From an uncultured Candidatus Saccharibacteria bacterium (GTDB lineage: Bacteria > Patescibacteriota > Minisyncoccia > Phycocordibacterales > CAIZLB01): 64,000 nucleotides of DNA. Below the pieces are notes generated by a model. That model saw nothing but the letters and a program-made list of their open reading frames with translations. It did not search any database and had not been told where the DNA came from. Below, one piece after another: positions 28,212 through 38,546 of this stretch. Every line of letters starts with the position of its first letter. Position 1 is the stretch's first letter. Location: assembly GCA_964627085.1 (NCBI GenBank), contig CAZVIP010000002.1, positions 4,416 to 68,415 of the forward strand, in the 5' to 3' direction. Position numbers and translations under genes: made by a program.

Positions 28212-29666
28212 CTAATAAGACTTCGCAAATAACACTCTCTGAGCTGATGGTTTACCTGATTTGATACAGACACCGTCTTCTTTTACTTGATCGAAAGGTA
28301 GACAACGGATAGTTGCACCAGTCTCATCTTTTATTTGTTTTTCTACGTCTGCATCGCCTGACCAATGTGCAAGTACGAATTTGCCATCATTGATTGCTGA
28401 TTCAAAATCAGACCATGTGTCAGCAGTTACTGTATTTGCCACCCTCCTATTCAAAGCTGCGTCGAAGAGACTTTTTTGTATAAGGTCTAATGTATTTTTG
28501 ATTTCAACTTCAATTCCTGAAATTGTTACTTGTGACTTAACTGCAGTATCGCGTCTCACGAGCATTGCTGCATCATTTGCAATATCTTTTGGTCCAAGCT
28601 CGATTCGAACTGGCACACCTTTCTTTTCCCATTCGAAATATTTTTCACCTGGGCGCATATCTCTACTATCGACATGAACTCTAATACCATTTGCCTTAAG
28701 GATATCTGCAATTTCTTTTGCTTTTTGAATAACTGAATCTTTTGTTTCGGCGCTAGGAGTAATGGTTGTAATGACAACTTGGATAGAAGCGATTTTCGGA
28801 GGAAGAACGAGACCTTTGTCATCACTATGAGTCATAATCAAACCACCGATTGTTCGGGTACTCAGACCCCAACTTGTTTGCCAACCAAATTGTTCGACAT
28901 TCTCTTTGTCCAAAAACTTCACATCAAAAGCCTTAGCGAAATTTTGTCCGAGATTATGTGATGTCGCAAACTGAAGAGCCTTGCCATCTTGCATCATGGC
29001 TTCACATGCATATGTGCAATATGCACCTGCGAATTTCTCTGACTCAGATTTCATACCTGGCACAACTGGAATCGCCATATAATTCTCGGCAAAATCTCGA
29101 TAGATATCAAGCATCTCTCTCGCCCTCTTGTCTGCATCATCAAAAGTTTCGTGCACAGTGTGTCCCTCTTGCCACAAAAATTCTGTAGTACGGAGAAATA
29201 GTCTTGTACGCATTTCCCATCTAACAACATTTGTCCACTGATTGATGAGAAGTGGTAAATCTCGATATGATCTTACCCACTTTGAAAAAACCTCATACAT
29301 AATAGTTTCTGAAGTTGGTCTTACGACAAGTGGTTCATCGAGCTTTTTGCCTCCTGCATGTGTGACAACTGCTACCTCTGGTGCAAATCCTTCTACATGA
29401 CTTTCCTCTCTCTTGAGCAATTTCTCAGGGATAAGCATTGGGAAATAAGCATTTTGTACGCCAGTTTCCTTGAATTTTTCATCAAGAATTTTTTGTGTTG
29501 ATTCCCAAATAGCATAACCATATGGTTTGATAACCATAGTTCCCTTGACTGGACCGTAGTCCGCAAGATCAGCAGCATCGATTACATCTAAATACCACTG
29601 CGAATAATCCTCGCTCCGTGGGGTAATTTTCTTTTCTATGTTTTTTTCGTTTGGATTTGAAGTCAT
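28212..29666 (-). CDS. proS: proline--tRNA ligase, family I (archaeal/eukaryotic type)
   Basis: RPTSET, FLRTTEFLWQEGHT, TSWGLSTR, C-terminal FAKSY. Confidence 0.96.
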   Translation of the reverse strand: MTSNPNEKNIEKKITPRSEDYSQWYLDVIDAADLADYGPVKGTMVIKPYGYAIWESTQKILDEKFKETGVQNAYFPMLIPEKLLKREESHVEGFAPEVAVVTHAGGKKLDEPLVVRPTSETIMYEVFSKWVRSYRDLPLLINQWTNVVRWEMRTRLFLRTTEFLWQEGHTVHETFDDADKRAREMLDIYRDFAENYMAIPVVPGMKSESEKFAGAYCTYACEAMMQDGKALQFATSHNLGQNFAKAFDVKFLDKENVEQFGWQTSWGLSTRTIGGLIMTHSDDKGLVLPPKIASIQVVITTITPSAETKDSVIQKAKEIADILKANGIRVHVDSRDMRPGEKYFEWEKKGVPVRIELGPKDIANDAAMLVRRDTAVKSQVTISGIEVEIKNTLDLIQKSLFDAALNRRVANTVTADTWSDFESAINDGKFVLAHWSGDADVEKQIKDETGATIRCLPFDQVKEDGVCIKSGKPSAQRVLFAKSY

Positions 29667-29746
29667 ATCTTTTTGTATAAAGCCATAATAGTACAAAGAG
29701 GGCGATAACTCAACAATATTTTCTGCCTTAAAATTTTAAAATTAAA

Positions 29747-30880
29747 CTAAAACAGCGCGAAAATATCTTTGAATGTCACCACAATCATGAGTCCGATGAG
29801 GAGCAAGAAACCAATTGCATTGACCCATCCGACAATTTTTGGATTGAGTCTTCGTCTAATTGTTCCTTCGATAGCGACGATAAGCAATCGTCCACCATCA
29901 AGTGCTGGGAAAGGCACAAGGTTAAGCACAGCAAGGTTTGCAGAAATAATTGCTGTGATAACAAGAAGCGCTGAGAACCCTTGTCTTGCAGATGAACCGA
30001 CAATAGAAGCAATTCCAACTGGACCACTGACACTATTGAGGGCGGCTTTTGCCCCACTGTCAGATGTAAATATTTTTACAATAAAATCATATAGTCCGAC
30101 TGCAACGTTTTGTAGGAGGTTCCATGAACTCTTTGCTCCATATGTAAATGATTCAAAGAAACCAAGTTTAACTGTTCCGACATCTTGCATCGAAATACCA
30201 ACTGCTTTTTTACCTGGGACCACGCCGTCTTTTGGTGTGACTTCATAGATTTTATATGCTCCATCTTTTGCATTATTCCCACTTGTTTGTGTACTTGCTT
30301 TTTCAACAGTAAACATGACTGTACCACTCGCGCTTGAGATGACATTCTGTACCGCAGCAACAGTGAGTGAAGATGATGCGACTGATAGACTTGCGACACT
30401 GCTTTCAACTGCAACTACCGTATCCCCTGCTTCAAGGCCTGCAACCGCTGCAGGACTTCCAGGTGTAGCAAGCATTAAGACGACTGCTTTGTCAGTTACT
30501 TTTTCTGCAGGAAAGCCTTCCACAGCAGATCGTGTACCAAACATAAAAGCAAGTGACAACAAAAGCCATGTCGCAATGACATTAAATGTCACACCAGCAA
30601 TAAGGACAACAGCTTGTTGCCATCTTGGTTTTGACAAAATACTGTCTGGAGTTAATTCATCATTTTCGCTCTCTCCGTGGATTTTCACGTAGCCACCTAG
30701 TGGAATGATGTTGAGCGCGAAGCGTGTGCCTCTTTTTACAAAACTAAAAACTCGTGGCGGGAAACCAATGGCAAATTCATCGACACGAATTTTGAATGAT
30801 TTCGCAGCGAGAAAATGTCCAAGCTCATGAATAAAGACAAGGAAAGTAAGTACAAGTAAAAATATTATTGTTGTTATCAT
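29747..30880 (-). CDS. rseP: RIP metalloprotease (M50) with PDZ domain
   Basis: HELGH, PLGGYV, NLVPFPALDGG. Confidence 0.93.
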   Translation of the reverse strand: MITTIIFLLVLTFLVFIHELGHFLAAKSFKIRVDEFAIGFPPRVFSFVKRGTRFALNIIPLGGYVKIHGESENDELTPDSILSKPRWQQAVVLIAGVTFNVIATWLLLSLAFMFGTRSAVEGFPAEKVTDKAVVLMLATPGSPAAVAGLEAGDTVVAVESSVASLSVASSSLTVAAVQNVISSASGTVMFTVEKASTQTSGNNAKDGAYKIYEVTPKDGVVPGKKAVGISMQDVGTVKLGFFESFTYGAKSSWNLLQNVAVGLYDFIVKIFTSDSGAKAALNSVSGPVGIASIVGSSARQGFSALLVITAIISANLAVLNLVPFPALDGGRLLIVAIEGTIRRRLNPKIVGWVNAIGFLLLIGLMIVVTFKDIFALF

Positions 30881-30937
30881 GAGCTGGTTTTATTATTAGT
30901 TTTTATTCCGACAGTTTATTTACCGCTTATTGGATAG

Positions 30938-31489
30938 CTAGTTTGCAATTTCAGTTTCTTTTTTTGTGAAAAGAGTCTCCAACTTTTCTGAGCCTTCTTT
31001 TATCTTTTTTTCAACTTCGGCTTTGTTTCGCTCTGCTTCATCTTCACCCATCTCACCTGCCTTTTTCTGAGAGTTGATATCGTCCATCACTTCATTTCTT
31101 TCACGGCGGAGTGCAACACGCGCATCCTCTAATTTGTCCTTTGCAACTTTGACGAGCTGAATTCTTCTCTCGCCTGTGAGCTCTGGGAAAATCACTCGAA
31201 TACCTGATCCATCTGTAACAACTGAGACACCGAGGTTACTGACCGTGAGCGCTTTCTCAATTGATTTAATCTGAGAGTTATCCCATGGACTGATTCTGAT
31301 TGTCTTAGAATCTTCATTTGAAATAGTTGCAAGTGAAGAGATTGGCATTTCACTTCCATATGATTCTACTCGCACACCATCGAGAAAAGAAATAGACGCT
31401 CGGCCTGTTCGGATACCAGAAAGTTCCTTTGCAAGCCATTCTTCTGTGCCTTTAATTTTGTTCTGTAAATTTGTGAAGTTATAAGCCAT
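30938..31489 (-). CDS. frr: ribosome recycling factor
   Basis: IRTGRAS, PELTGERR. Confidence 0.96.
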   Translation of the reverse strand: MAYNFTNLQNKIKGTEEWLAKELSGIRTGRASISFLDGVRVESYGSEMPISSLATISNEDSKTIRISPWDNSQIKSIEKALTVSNLGVSVVTDGSGIRVIFPELTGERRIQLVKVAKDKLEDARVALRRERNEVMDDINSQKKAGEMGEDEAERNKAEVEKKIKEGSEKLETLFTKKETEIAN

Positions 31490-31598
31490 AAATGTAGATA
31501 TCTATATGTATTAATTCTGTGTTTTTCTATAATTCTTAAATATAGGTGCATTTTAGCACAATTTTACTTTTTTTCATCTTGGACAGGTTCTTAGAGTC

Positions 31599-32360
31599 TT
31601 AGAGTCGGACCGCTAAATACTCGAGGAGCATCTTTATTGAATTGCCGGGTGCGTGCATATATTTTGATACAGTGGCACAAATTTCGAGGGTCTGTGCTCT
31701 TTCTGAAATTGACTGCTTATTTACTGCGGTCTTTGATGCGGTCTTTTGGTCACCCTGGTCACCAGCGACAACAGCCTCCATTTCATTTATAAAATTCCAT
31801 ACTTCGCTGATTGATATTGTTTCTTTGTCGAGCGCTGTGTGTATGTCTTTGACAGTCGCAAGTCGTGAGTCAATTCCTGAAATCAAGAAATTTTCTGCAT
31901 TCAGTAATTTATTTTTTTCTTTCGAACCTGCATTTGTTGAAATACCATTTGATATGTCATTTTCTGAGCCTGCACTATCTAGATCAAAAGCTGTATGCAA
32001 TACAGAGAATCTTGAACGAAGCGTTGGTATAAGGTGCGGTAAAAAGTCTGTGACCAAAATAATATGCGAACCCTGTGGTGGCTCTTCAGAGATTTTGAGA
32101 AGTGCATTTTGTGCCTGCTCTGTAATAGTTGTTGCATATACAACCACAATCACCTTATCGCCTTTTACAGGTTTTCGAAGGAGTGCATCGTGTATGAGGT
32201 GTGCTTCATCAACACCAAGCTTTTCTGCTACATATGAAAAAGTCATCAAATCTGGATGTGTTTTTGGAAAACCAAGAGTTGTCTCCAGGTGCGAAAGTAT
32301 TGATTTAAATTTTTGCAGATTACCCTCAATCAATTCTGCATGATGCGTGAGTATAGACAT
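31599..32360 (-). CDS. holB: DNA polymerase III delta-prime-like protein
   Basis: HPD, AQNALLKISEEPP, IPTLRSR. Confidence 0.8.
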   Translation of the reverse strand: MSILTHHAELIEGNLQKFKSILSHLETTLGFPKTHPDLMTFSYVAEKLGVDEAHLIHDALLRKPVKGDKVIVVVYATTITEQAQNALLKISEEPPQGSHIILVTDFLPHLIPTLRSRFSVLHTAFDLDSAGSENDISNGISTNAGSKEKNKLLNAENFLISGIDSRLATVKDIHTALDKETISISEVWNFINEMEAVVAGDQGDQKTASKTAVNKQSISERAQTLEICATVSKYMHAPGNSIKMLLEYLAVRL

Positions 32361-32406
32361 GTATAACTATTATTGCCTAAATATTTGTTTTAGCAATATT
32401 ACTCTG

Positions 32407-33420
32407 TTATCTCTTACTAATAATAGTCTTTTTATATGTATCGAGGTGATTGAGTGCCTCGCCTGTACCCTTTACGACGCAATACAATGGGTCATTTGCG
32501 AGAATAGCCTTTACACCAGTCCGTCTATATACGAGCTCTGTGAGATTACGGAGCTGTGATGATCCACCAGTCATTATGATGCCGTTGTCAATAATGTCAG
32601 ACGCAAGTTCTGGTGGAGTCTCCTGTAATACATCTTTAATAGCCATAATCATTTCGCGCAATTCTTTTGCAATCGCTTTTACAATTTCATTTGTTTTGAC
32701 GTCTACAGAGCGTGGAAGTCCGGTGAGAAAGTCACGTCCTTTGATTGTGAGTACGAGTTCTTCTTCGAGTGGAATAGCTGAGCCGACATGGATCTTGATA
32801 TCCTCCGCTGTTCTATCACCGATGGCGAGGTTATAGGTTTTCTTAATGTAATCTGTGATAGCTGCATCAATTCTATTTCCCGCACATTTAACTGAAGTAC
32901 ATGCAACAATACCTCCAAGTGAAATAACGGCAACATCTGTTGTGCCACCGCCAATATCAACAATCATATGCCCCACTGCTTCTTGAATTGAAATACCAGC
33001 TCCGATTGCAGCAAGGATTGGTTCTTTGACGACATAGGCTTGTTTTGCTCCGGCCTTGATTGCGGCTTCGATAACTGCACGTCTCTCGGTCGATGTCACA
33101 CCAGCTGGTACTGAAATCATTACCTCTGGTTTCCAGATATTCCATTTGCCGAGCGCTTTGTTTATAAAATATCTAAGCATCGCCTCAGTCACACGATAAT
33201 CTGCAATAACACCATCACGCATCGGTCTGTACGCGATGATACTGTCAGGAGTTTTACCAATCATATCCTTTGCATCGAGACCCACTGCGAGGATGCGATT
33301 GTCTTGCTCTGAAACAGCCACAACTGAAGGTTCATTGAGAATAATTCCTTTGCCAGGAAAAAATACGAGTGTGTTTGCAGTTCCGAGGTCAATGCCTAAT
33401 TTTTTTGAGAAAATACCCAT
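32407..33420 (-). CDS. mreB: second MreB/Mbl actin-like protein
   Basis: LGIDLGTANT, DIGGGTTD, TPPELASDI. Confidence 0.93.
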   Translation of the reverse strand: MGIFSKKLGIDLGTANTLVFFPGKGIILNEPSVVAVSEQDNRILAVGLDAKDMIGKTPDSIIAYRPMRDGVIADYRVTEAMLRYFINKALGKWNIWKPEVMISVPAGVTSTERRAVIEAAIKAGAKQAYVVKEPILAAIGAGISIQEAVGHMIVDIGGGTTDVAVISLGGIVACTSVKCAGNRIDAAITDYIKKTYNLAIGDRTAEDIKIHVGSAIPLEEELVLTIKGRDFLTGLPRSVDVKTNEIVKAIAKELREMIMAIKDVLQETPPELASDIIDNGIIMTGGSSQLRNLTELVYRRTGVKAILANDPLYCVVKGTGEALNHLDTYKKTIISKR

Positions 33421-33492
33421 GCGGTTATATTACCTTCTTTTGCCCCATGTCACAATCTTGACTATTTTAGCCAGAGTAACATATTTATGATA

Positions 33493-33525
33493 AAGAGCCG
33501 TGGACTTTGGTGTCCACGGCTCTTT
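33493..33525. terminator. bidirectional hairpin terminator
   Basis: AAAGAGCCGTGGAC...GTCCACGGCTCTTT. Confidence 0.75.
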
Positions 33526-33541
33526 TGAAGCCGGAGTTAAA

Positions 33542-33790
33542 TCAGCTGGGATGAATTGAAGAGAACTGATTAATCGCCATTGCAAATACCATTACTTCAA
33601 ATGGTGAAGGTCTACTTGCAATCCAGCCAATCTGTTTTTGCACCTCCTTATACTGTTCCTTACTCATTTCTGCGTTCTCATTTAGTAAATTGATGACAGA
33701 TTGAACAAAAGCATGCCGGAAGGGTGGTAATTGCTTGTCTGAAGGATCGAGAGTGCCGGCAATGTCACTTAGAGCTTTTTTAGCATTCAT
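33542..33790 (-). CDS. small hypothetical protein
   Basis: MNAKKAL start after an A/C-rich leader; terminator downstream. Confidence 0.55.
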   Translation of the reverse strand: MNAKKALSDIAGTLDPSDKQLPPFRHAFVQSVINLLNENAEMSKEQYKEVQKQIGWIASRPSPFEVMVFAMAINQFSSIHPS

Positions 33791-34147
33791 TTTTTTATAG
33801 GTTTGGGTTGTTTGACTACATCTTTTGAAACTCATAAAGTTCTAAAAGATGTAGTCAAGACATTACTCTCAAAAAAGATAAGTCTATTAAAGGAATGCAA
33901 CCTAAAGAGTCAGGTGTTTCTGATTGCCACAATAACACAGTTATTAATATATGTAAATAATTATACCCAAATATCTTACAAAGAGTTTTTTGAGAAAAAT
34001 AAACCTTCTTCTCTCGCTCTATGTCCCGTTTTTTCGAACAACTCACGTGCCATTACCTGTAATTCATTTTTATCTTTTTTTGATATGAATTTAATGGTGT
34101 GTCCAGTAGACTTTGCACATATATATAAATAAAATATTTAGATAATC

Positions 34148-34456
34148 ATGAAAAAAGTTAATTCAAGTATGAGCAAATCAATTCCACTACCTATAGATAG
34201 ACCAGAGAGTGCACAGAGCCCGTCTTCGAGCCCATCTTCAGAAAGATTTGATGATAAATTAAATCAATTTGGTGAAAATTTGTACAGCAAAATCATGTCA
34301 GATATGCGGAGTGTACTCTTTGATACAATGGAATTGCAGAGAAATTATTTTGATAAAAAATTCAAAGACCTCACACAGCGCATCGACTTACTTATTTCAG
34401 ATACCGCAGTTAGACAGAATTTAATCGAAGCAAGAGTCACAACACTCGAATCCTAA
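34148..34456 (+). CDS. small coiled-coil hypothetical protein
   Basis: heptad pattern ending IEARVTTLES. Confidence 0.6.
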   Translation: MKKVNSSMSKSIPLPIDRPESAQSPSSSPSSERFDDKLNQFGENLYSKIMSDMRSVLFDTMELQRNYFDKKFKDLTQRIDLLISDTAVRQNLIEARVTTLES

Positions 34457-34871
34457 AGTAAAAGTCACCAAAGGAAAAGTCCGGACCCCCTTGCGAGGAT
34501 CCGGACTGGATAGATGTTCTAGGTATATCTCACGTGAGTCAAGGTCACGGAAACTGATTACAGCGATTGGTTTTGTATCCACACAACGATGCACCAACAA
34601 CAGTGCGACGCGGTTAGTTACAGGCAGCAAACCTTTTGTCTGGAATTTTTTCCATCGAACACCCGTCCTGGGTTTGAGGCGCTAGTTATCGCCGCTGTCG
34701 CCCAGGATCGAACGGGATACCAGGAGTGAAGCCGGGGTTGTCCCGCATGAGCGCGAGCGCTGCCGCACTCAATGCTGAATGTTCATGGCTTCCATTGCTG
34801 TTACTGAGAGGCTGGTTTGCCTTCATAGTCAATGTTCCTTTCATTTTGGGCTTGTTGTTTACTGAGGACAT
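34421..34871 (-). pseudogene. possible disrupted orphan gene
   Basis: two short same-strand ORFs (34686..34871 and 34421..34630) in different frames downstream of a promoter-like region. Confidence 0.3.
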
Positions 34872-35138
34872 TCCTTGGTGTGAATTAGCCGAAGCTCAAA
34901 AGGGTGATATATACTGCTTGGAATTTGCCAAGACAATTGAGTCACCTCCTAAACCTCAACCGAGGTTTTTTTCTACAGAGACAAAGAACTGTCACTTATA
35001 TAATTACACATTTTCCCACTTTGTAAACAAGGCGCAGACTTTTACACCTACAATACACACAACGTAGTATGCCTGGTATATTATTTACAAAAAACAAAAA
35101 CCCTTGTCCTTAGGCGTATTTTCTGACAATATACAGAT

Positions 35139-37058
35139 GTGTATCTCATTGGACTATACCCTATTGTCAAAGGTGGTTGGACAGAAGAATTACAGTACTG
35201 GTCAAAAGACCCAATCCCTCCAGGATCAATCATAGAAGCCCCACTCCGGAACAAGCAAATATCTGGTCTAGTTTTTAAATGCGTACCTGTACAAGAGGCC
35301 AAAGGAGAAATTAAATATGCGGATTTCAAAACTAAAAAAATAGAATCAGCAACACCTATTGATATTGTCCGACCTGAATTTATCCAAGCATCGCTCAAGA
35401 CAAGTACTTTTTTTGTACAAAATATTGGCAGTCTACTCAAGGCAGTCATACCTGCATGCGCTTTTGCTGATTTTGAAAAAAATAAAAAGGATAAAAAAAC
35501 TGAGGCACGCGAAGCACAGCAAACAGAAAAGCATGACAAGAAAGCAAATATCGAAGCAATTTCAACTAACACCGAAGACAGACACAGCACATACAGAAGC
35601 CTCATCCGCGAAGAACTAGCACGCAAAAAATCAATACTCCTCATCGCACCGACGACAAGAATCGCAGATCAATTATATGAGTCAATAAAAAAAGGTATTG
35701 AGCATGTCACATATTTGGTACATAGCTCGCTTTCAAAAAAGAAAATTGCCGAGGTGTGGGCTGAAGCAATACAAAATGAACGAAGTGTGGTCATTATCAC
35801 TACCCCACATTTTATGTCTATACCAAGACATGATATTGAAACATTAATTGTAGAAAGCGAATCCTCACGAGGCTACCGCACTTTCAATTCACCCTTGTTC
35901 GACTGGAAAAAACTTATCGAGAATTATTCAAAAGAACTCGGAGCAAGACTTGTCTACGGCGATACTTTCCTTAGTCTCGACACTATATATCGCGTCCATA
36001 ATCATGAGATATATGAGATATTTCCTCTTTCGTACAGAATACAGCAAGATGCCGAGGTTATATTGATAGACATGGTTGAAGCAAAACAAAAGACTGGAAA
36101 ATATTCAGTCCTCAGTGAAGAGCTTGTCTCAATGATTGAATATGCACAGAAAAAGAATCAACAAATATTTATTTTTGCATCACGCCGTGGACTATCACCA
36201 CAAACCATCTGTTCGGACTGTGGCAAAACAGTTATCTGTAAAGTCTGCAAAGCCCCTGTTGTACTACATAAAACAAATAAAGGTGAAAGATATTTCCTTT
36301 GCCATCATTGCGGAAAAGACAGAAGTGCACTCGAGGCATGTAGTAAATGTGCGAGTTGGAATTTGACCACTATTGGAATAGGAAGCGATACAGTGTATGA
36401 AGAAGTTAGAAGACTATTTCCGGAGACACCACTCTTTCGCCTAGATAAAGATAGTGCAAAAGGCGATAAAGAAGCCAAGAAAATTGCCAAAGAATTCTCA
36501 GAATCCAAAGGCGGTGTACTCATCGGAACAGAGACCGCACTCTCATATATTGAGAAAGTGAAATTGGTTGCAGTCGCATCGATGGATAATCTTTTCTCTA
36601 TCCCTGATTTTCGAATCAATGAAAGAATCGCGCATATCTGTATGCGATTATTTGAAATTGCAGAATCATATTTACTGATCCAAAGCAGAAAAACCGATTC
36701 AGAAATCTTGCGCGCCATGAACTCAAAGACACTTGCAGATTTCGTCAAAGAAGAGCTTGCTATGCGTGAAATGCTTTCATACCCACCCTACACATTAATG
36801 GGCAAAGTAGAACTCTCGGGTGACCTCGACACCATCACAAAACAAGCCAAGAAAATCGAAACTCTACTCGCAGAACAAGATCCACTCATTTTCCCTGCTG
36901 TTATCCCAAACAAAAAAGGTAGTGCACTTCACCTCTTGTTCACACTTCCAAAAGACATCTGGGAAAAAGAGACCCGTATACACACTGAGCTCTATCAAAA
37001 ACTAGTATTGATATCAAAGATCTCACCAGTCCTCATAAATCCAGAATCATTTTTGTAA
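35139..37058 (+). CDS. priA: primosomal protein N-prime with degenerate helicase motifs
   Basis: RRG followed by CSDC/CKVC/CHHC/CSKC zinc region, PDFRINE, YPPY; no GSGKT or DEEH. Confidence 0.88.
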   Translation: MYLIGLYPIVKGGWTEELQYWSKDPIPPGSIIEAPLRNKQISGLVFKCVPVQEAKGEIKYADFKTKKIESATPIDIVRPEFIQASLKTSTFFVQNIGSLLKAVIPACAFADFEKNKKDKKTEAREAQQTEKHDKKANIEAISTNTEDRHSTYRSLIREELARKKSILLIAPTTRIADQLYESIKKGIEHVTYLVHSSLSKKKIAEVWAEAIQNERSVVIITTPHFMSIPRHDIETLIVESESSRGYRTFNSPLFDWKKLIENYSKELGARLVYGDTFLSLDTIYRVHNHEIYEIFPLSYRIQQDAEVILIDMVEAKQKTGKYSVLSEELVSMIEYAQKKNQQIFIFASRRGLSPQTICSDCGKTVICKVCKAPVVLHKTNKGERYFLCHHCGKDRSALEACSKCASWNLTTIGIGSDTVYEEVRRLFPETPLFRLDKDSAKGDKEAKKIAKEFSESKGGVLIGTETALSYIEKVKLVAVASMDNLFSIPDFRINERIAHICMRLFEIAESYLLIQSRKTDSEILRAMNSKTLADFVKEELAMREMLSYPPYTLMGKVELSGDLDTITKQAKKIETLLAEQDPLIFPAVIPNKKGSALHLLFTLPKDIWEKETRIHTELYQKLVLISKISPVLINPESFL

Positions 37059-37149
37059 TTTTTTTCTAGCTACAGGACTTCTGACCGCGAGCCCGCAATT
37101 TTACCTGCCTTTATTTTTTAATTTACTTTTTTTATTCACGTTGGGCAAT

Positions 37150-37713
37150 TTACTTTTTCTCAACAACGCGCACGGCCTCTTTCATTATTTCTCTTGGTAG
37201 TACTATAAAAGAATACAAACCAACAATAATCGCGAGAATTGAAAACTCCAAACCTTTCAGCGGTAAGACACCGATAATAAACTGAAGTCCAAAAAGACTA
37301 AATAAAGAATATGAAAAAGCGGACCCACATGCGGCGCAACCATATCCAATAAAAGCCAATATGGCTGTCCACAAACCACCACCGCTCCACTGATATACCA
37401 CCGAAGCTTTTTTACCCCTGACCCTAAGAAGCTCAAAGAACAAGATCAGATCGGCAACAAAAACCAATGCAGAGATTATCAACAAGACATACTGTGTTAG
37501 TCCCACAAACTGATAACCATGGATACCCAGACTAAACAAATCACAGACTGAATTCCAGATCCCATACCCTTCACCGCGAATAGTTCGCACCAAAGGTAAG
37601 ACCTGAATCAATATCGTACCCCAAAACAATACACACCCAGCAAGTATCGCAATTAATACTGTGCTAGGTGTTCGTATTGATTTGATGTATATTTTTGAAA
37701 AGTCTCTAATCAC
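37150..37713 (-). CDS. membrane protein with GCAACG motif
   Basis: about four hydrophobic segments and CxxC; downstream of dsbA. Confidence 0.75.
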   Translation of the reverse strand: MIRDFSKIYIKSIRTPSTVLIAILAGCVLFWGTILIQVLPLVRTIRGEGYGIWNSVCDLFSLGIHGYQFVGLTQYVLLIISALVFVADLILFFELLRVRGKKASVVYQWSGGGLWTAILAFIGYGCAACGSAFSYSLFSLFGLQFIIGVLPLKGLEFSILAIIVGLYSFIVLPREIMKEAVRVVEKK

Positions 37714-37767
37714 AATTGATTACACTTATTCCCTATATACGATATACAGGGCGCCGACTACGAAAGA

Positions 37768-38475
37768 TTATCTTGAATCTCTAATTGCCTTATCGATGAT
37801 TTTCTTAACTTGTTCATATGGATATGCACCACCGATGACGAACTTGTTCCCTTTTGTTGAGATAACAATTGTATACGGTGTACCCTGCGCTCCAGCATCT
37901 GCACCAGATTTTACCATTGAGGCAACAATTCCAGCTGTCTCCTTTGATGTGTAACAGTTGTTGAAAGCTTTGATATCCTTAACACCAGCTGCAGCAGCAA
38001 GCGCTGGAAGTGTCTTTAAATCGAGTCCATCATTTGATTTTGTTGTTGAAAAGATTCCATCAATGAAACTCCAAAAAGCTTCATTGCCTGCAACCTTAGC
38101 CACACATTCTGAAGCTATTGCCTCATCTGTTGCTTGTTCGTGGAGTTGTGTCAGTGGAAAATGTCTGTAGGCCCAAGCGATTTTTCCAGCAGGACCATAC
38201 TCAGCAAAAATCTGATTCATAGTCTCATGAAAATCTTTACAGAAAGGACATTCGAGATCTGAATATTCAATAACCTGTACTTTCATTTTGAAATCATCTC
38301 CACCTCGAAGATGATCTGCTGAAGTAATCGGTGGAACTTCAATATCTGATGTACCTGCAGGTCTTGCACTTGTTTGGATAATGATAGCAACCACAATAAC
38401 GGCAATTGCAATTATTGCACCAATAAATGATCCTGGCTTATTTGACTTAGTCGATGTAATATCATGTGTATTCAT
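37768..38475 (-). CDS. DsbA-family thioredoxin-fold protein
   Basis: EYSDLECPFC, YRHFPL, GTP; N-terminal TM; ATG 38475 preferred. Confidence 0.92.
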   Translation of the reverse strand: MNTHDITSTKSNKPGSFIGAIIAIAVIVVAIIIQTSARPAGTSDIEVPPITSADHLRGGDDFKMKVQVIEYSDLECPFCKDFHETMNQIFAEYGPAGKIAWAYRHFPLTQLHEQATDEAIASECVAKVAGNEAFWSFIDGIFSTTKSNDGLDLKTLPALAAAAGVKDIKAFNNCYTSKETAGIVASMVKSGADAGAQGTPYTIVISTKGNKFVIGGAYPYEQVKKIIDKAIRDSR

Positions 38476-38546
38476 GGCTGTAATTATGCCATAATTGAAG
38501 CTAACGTACAGTGGATATATCAAAAAAACATCAAAACACCAATAAA

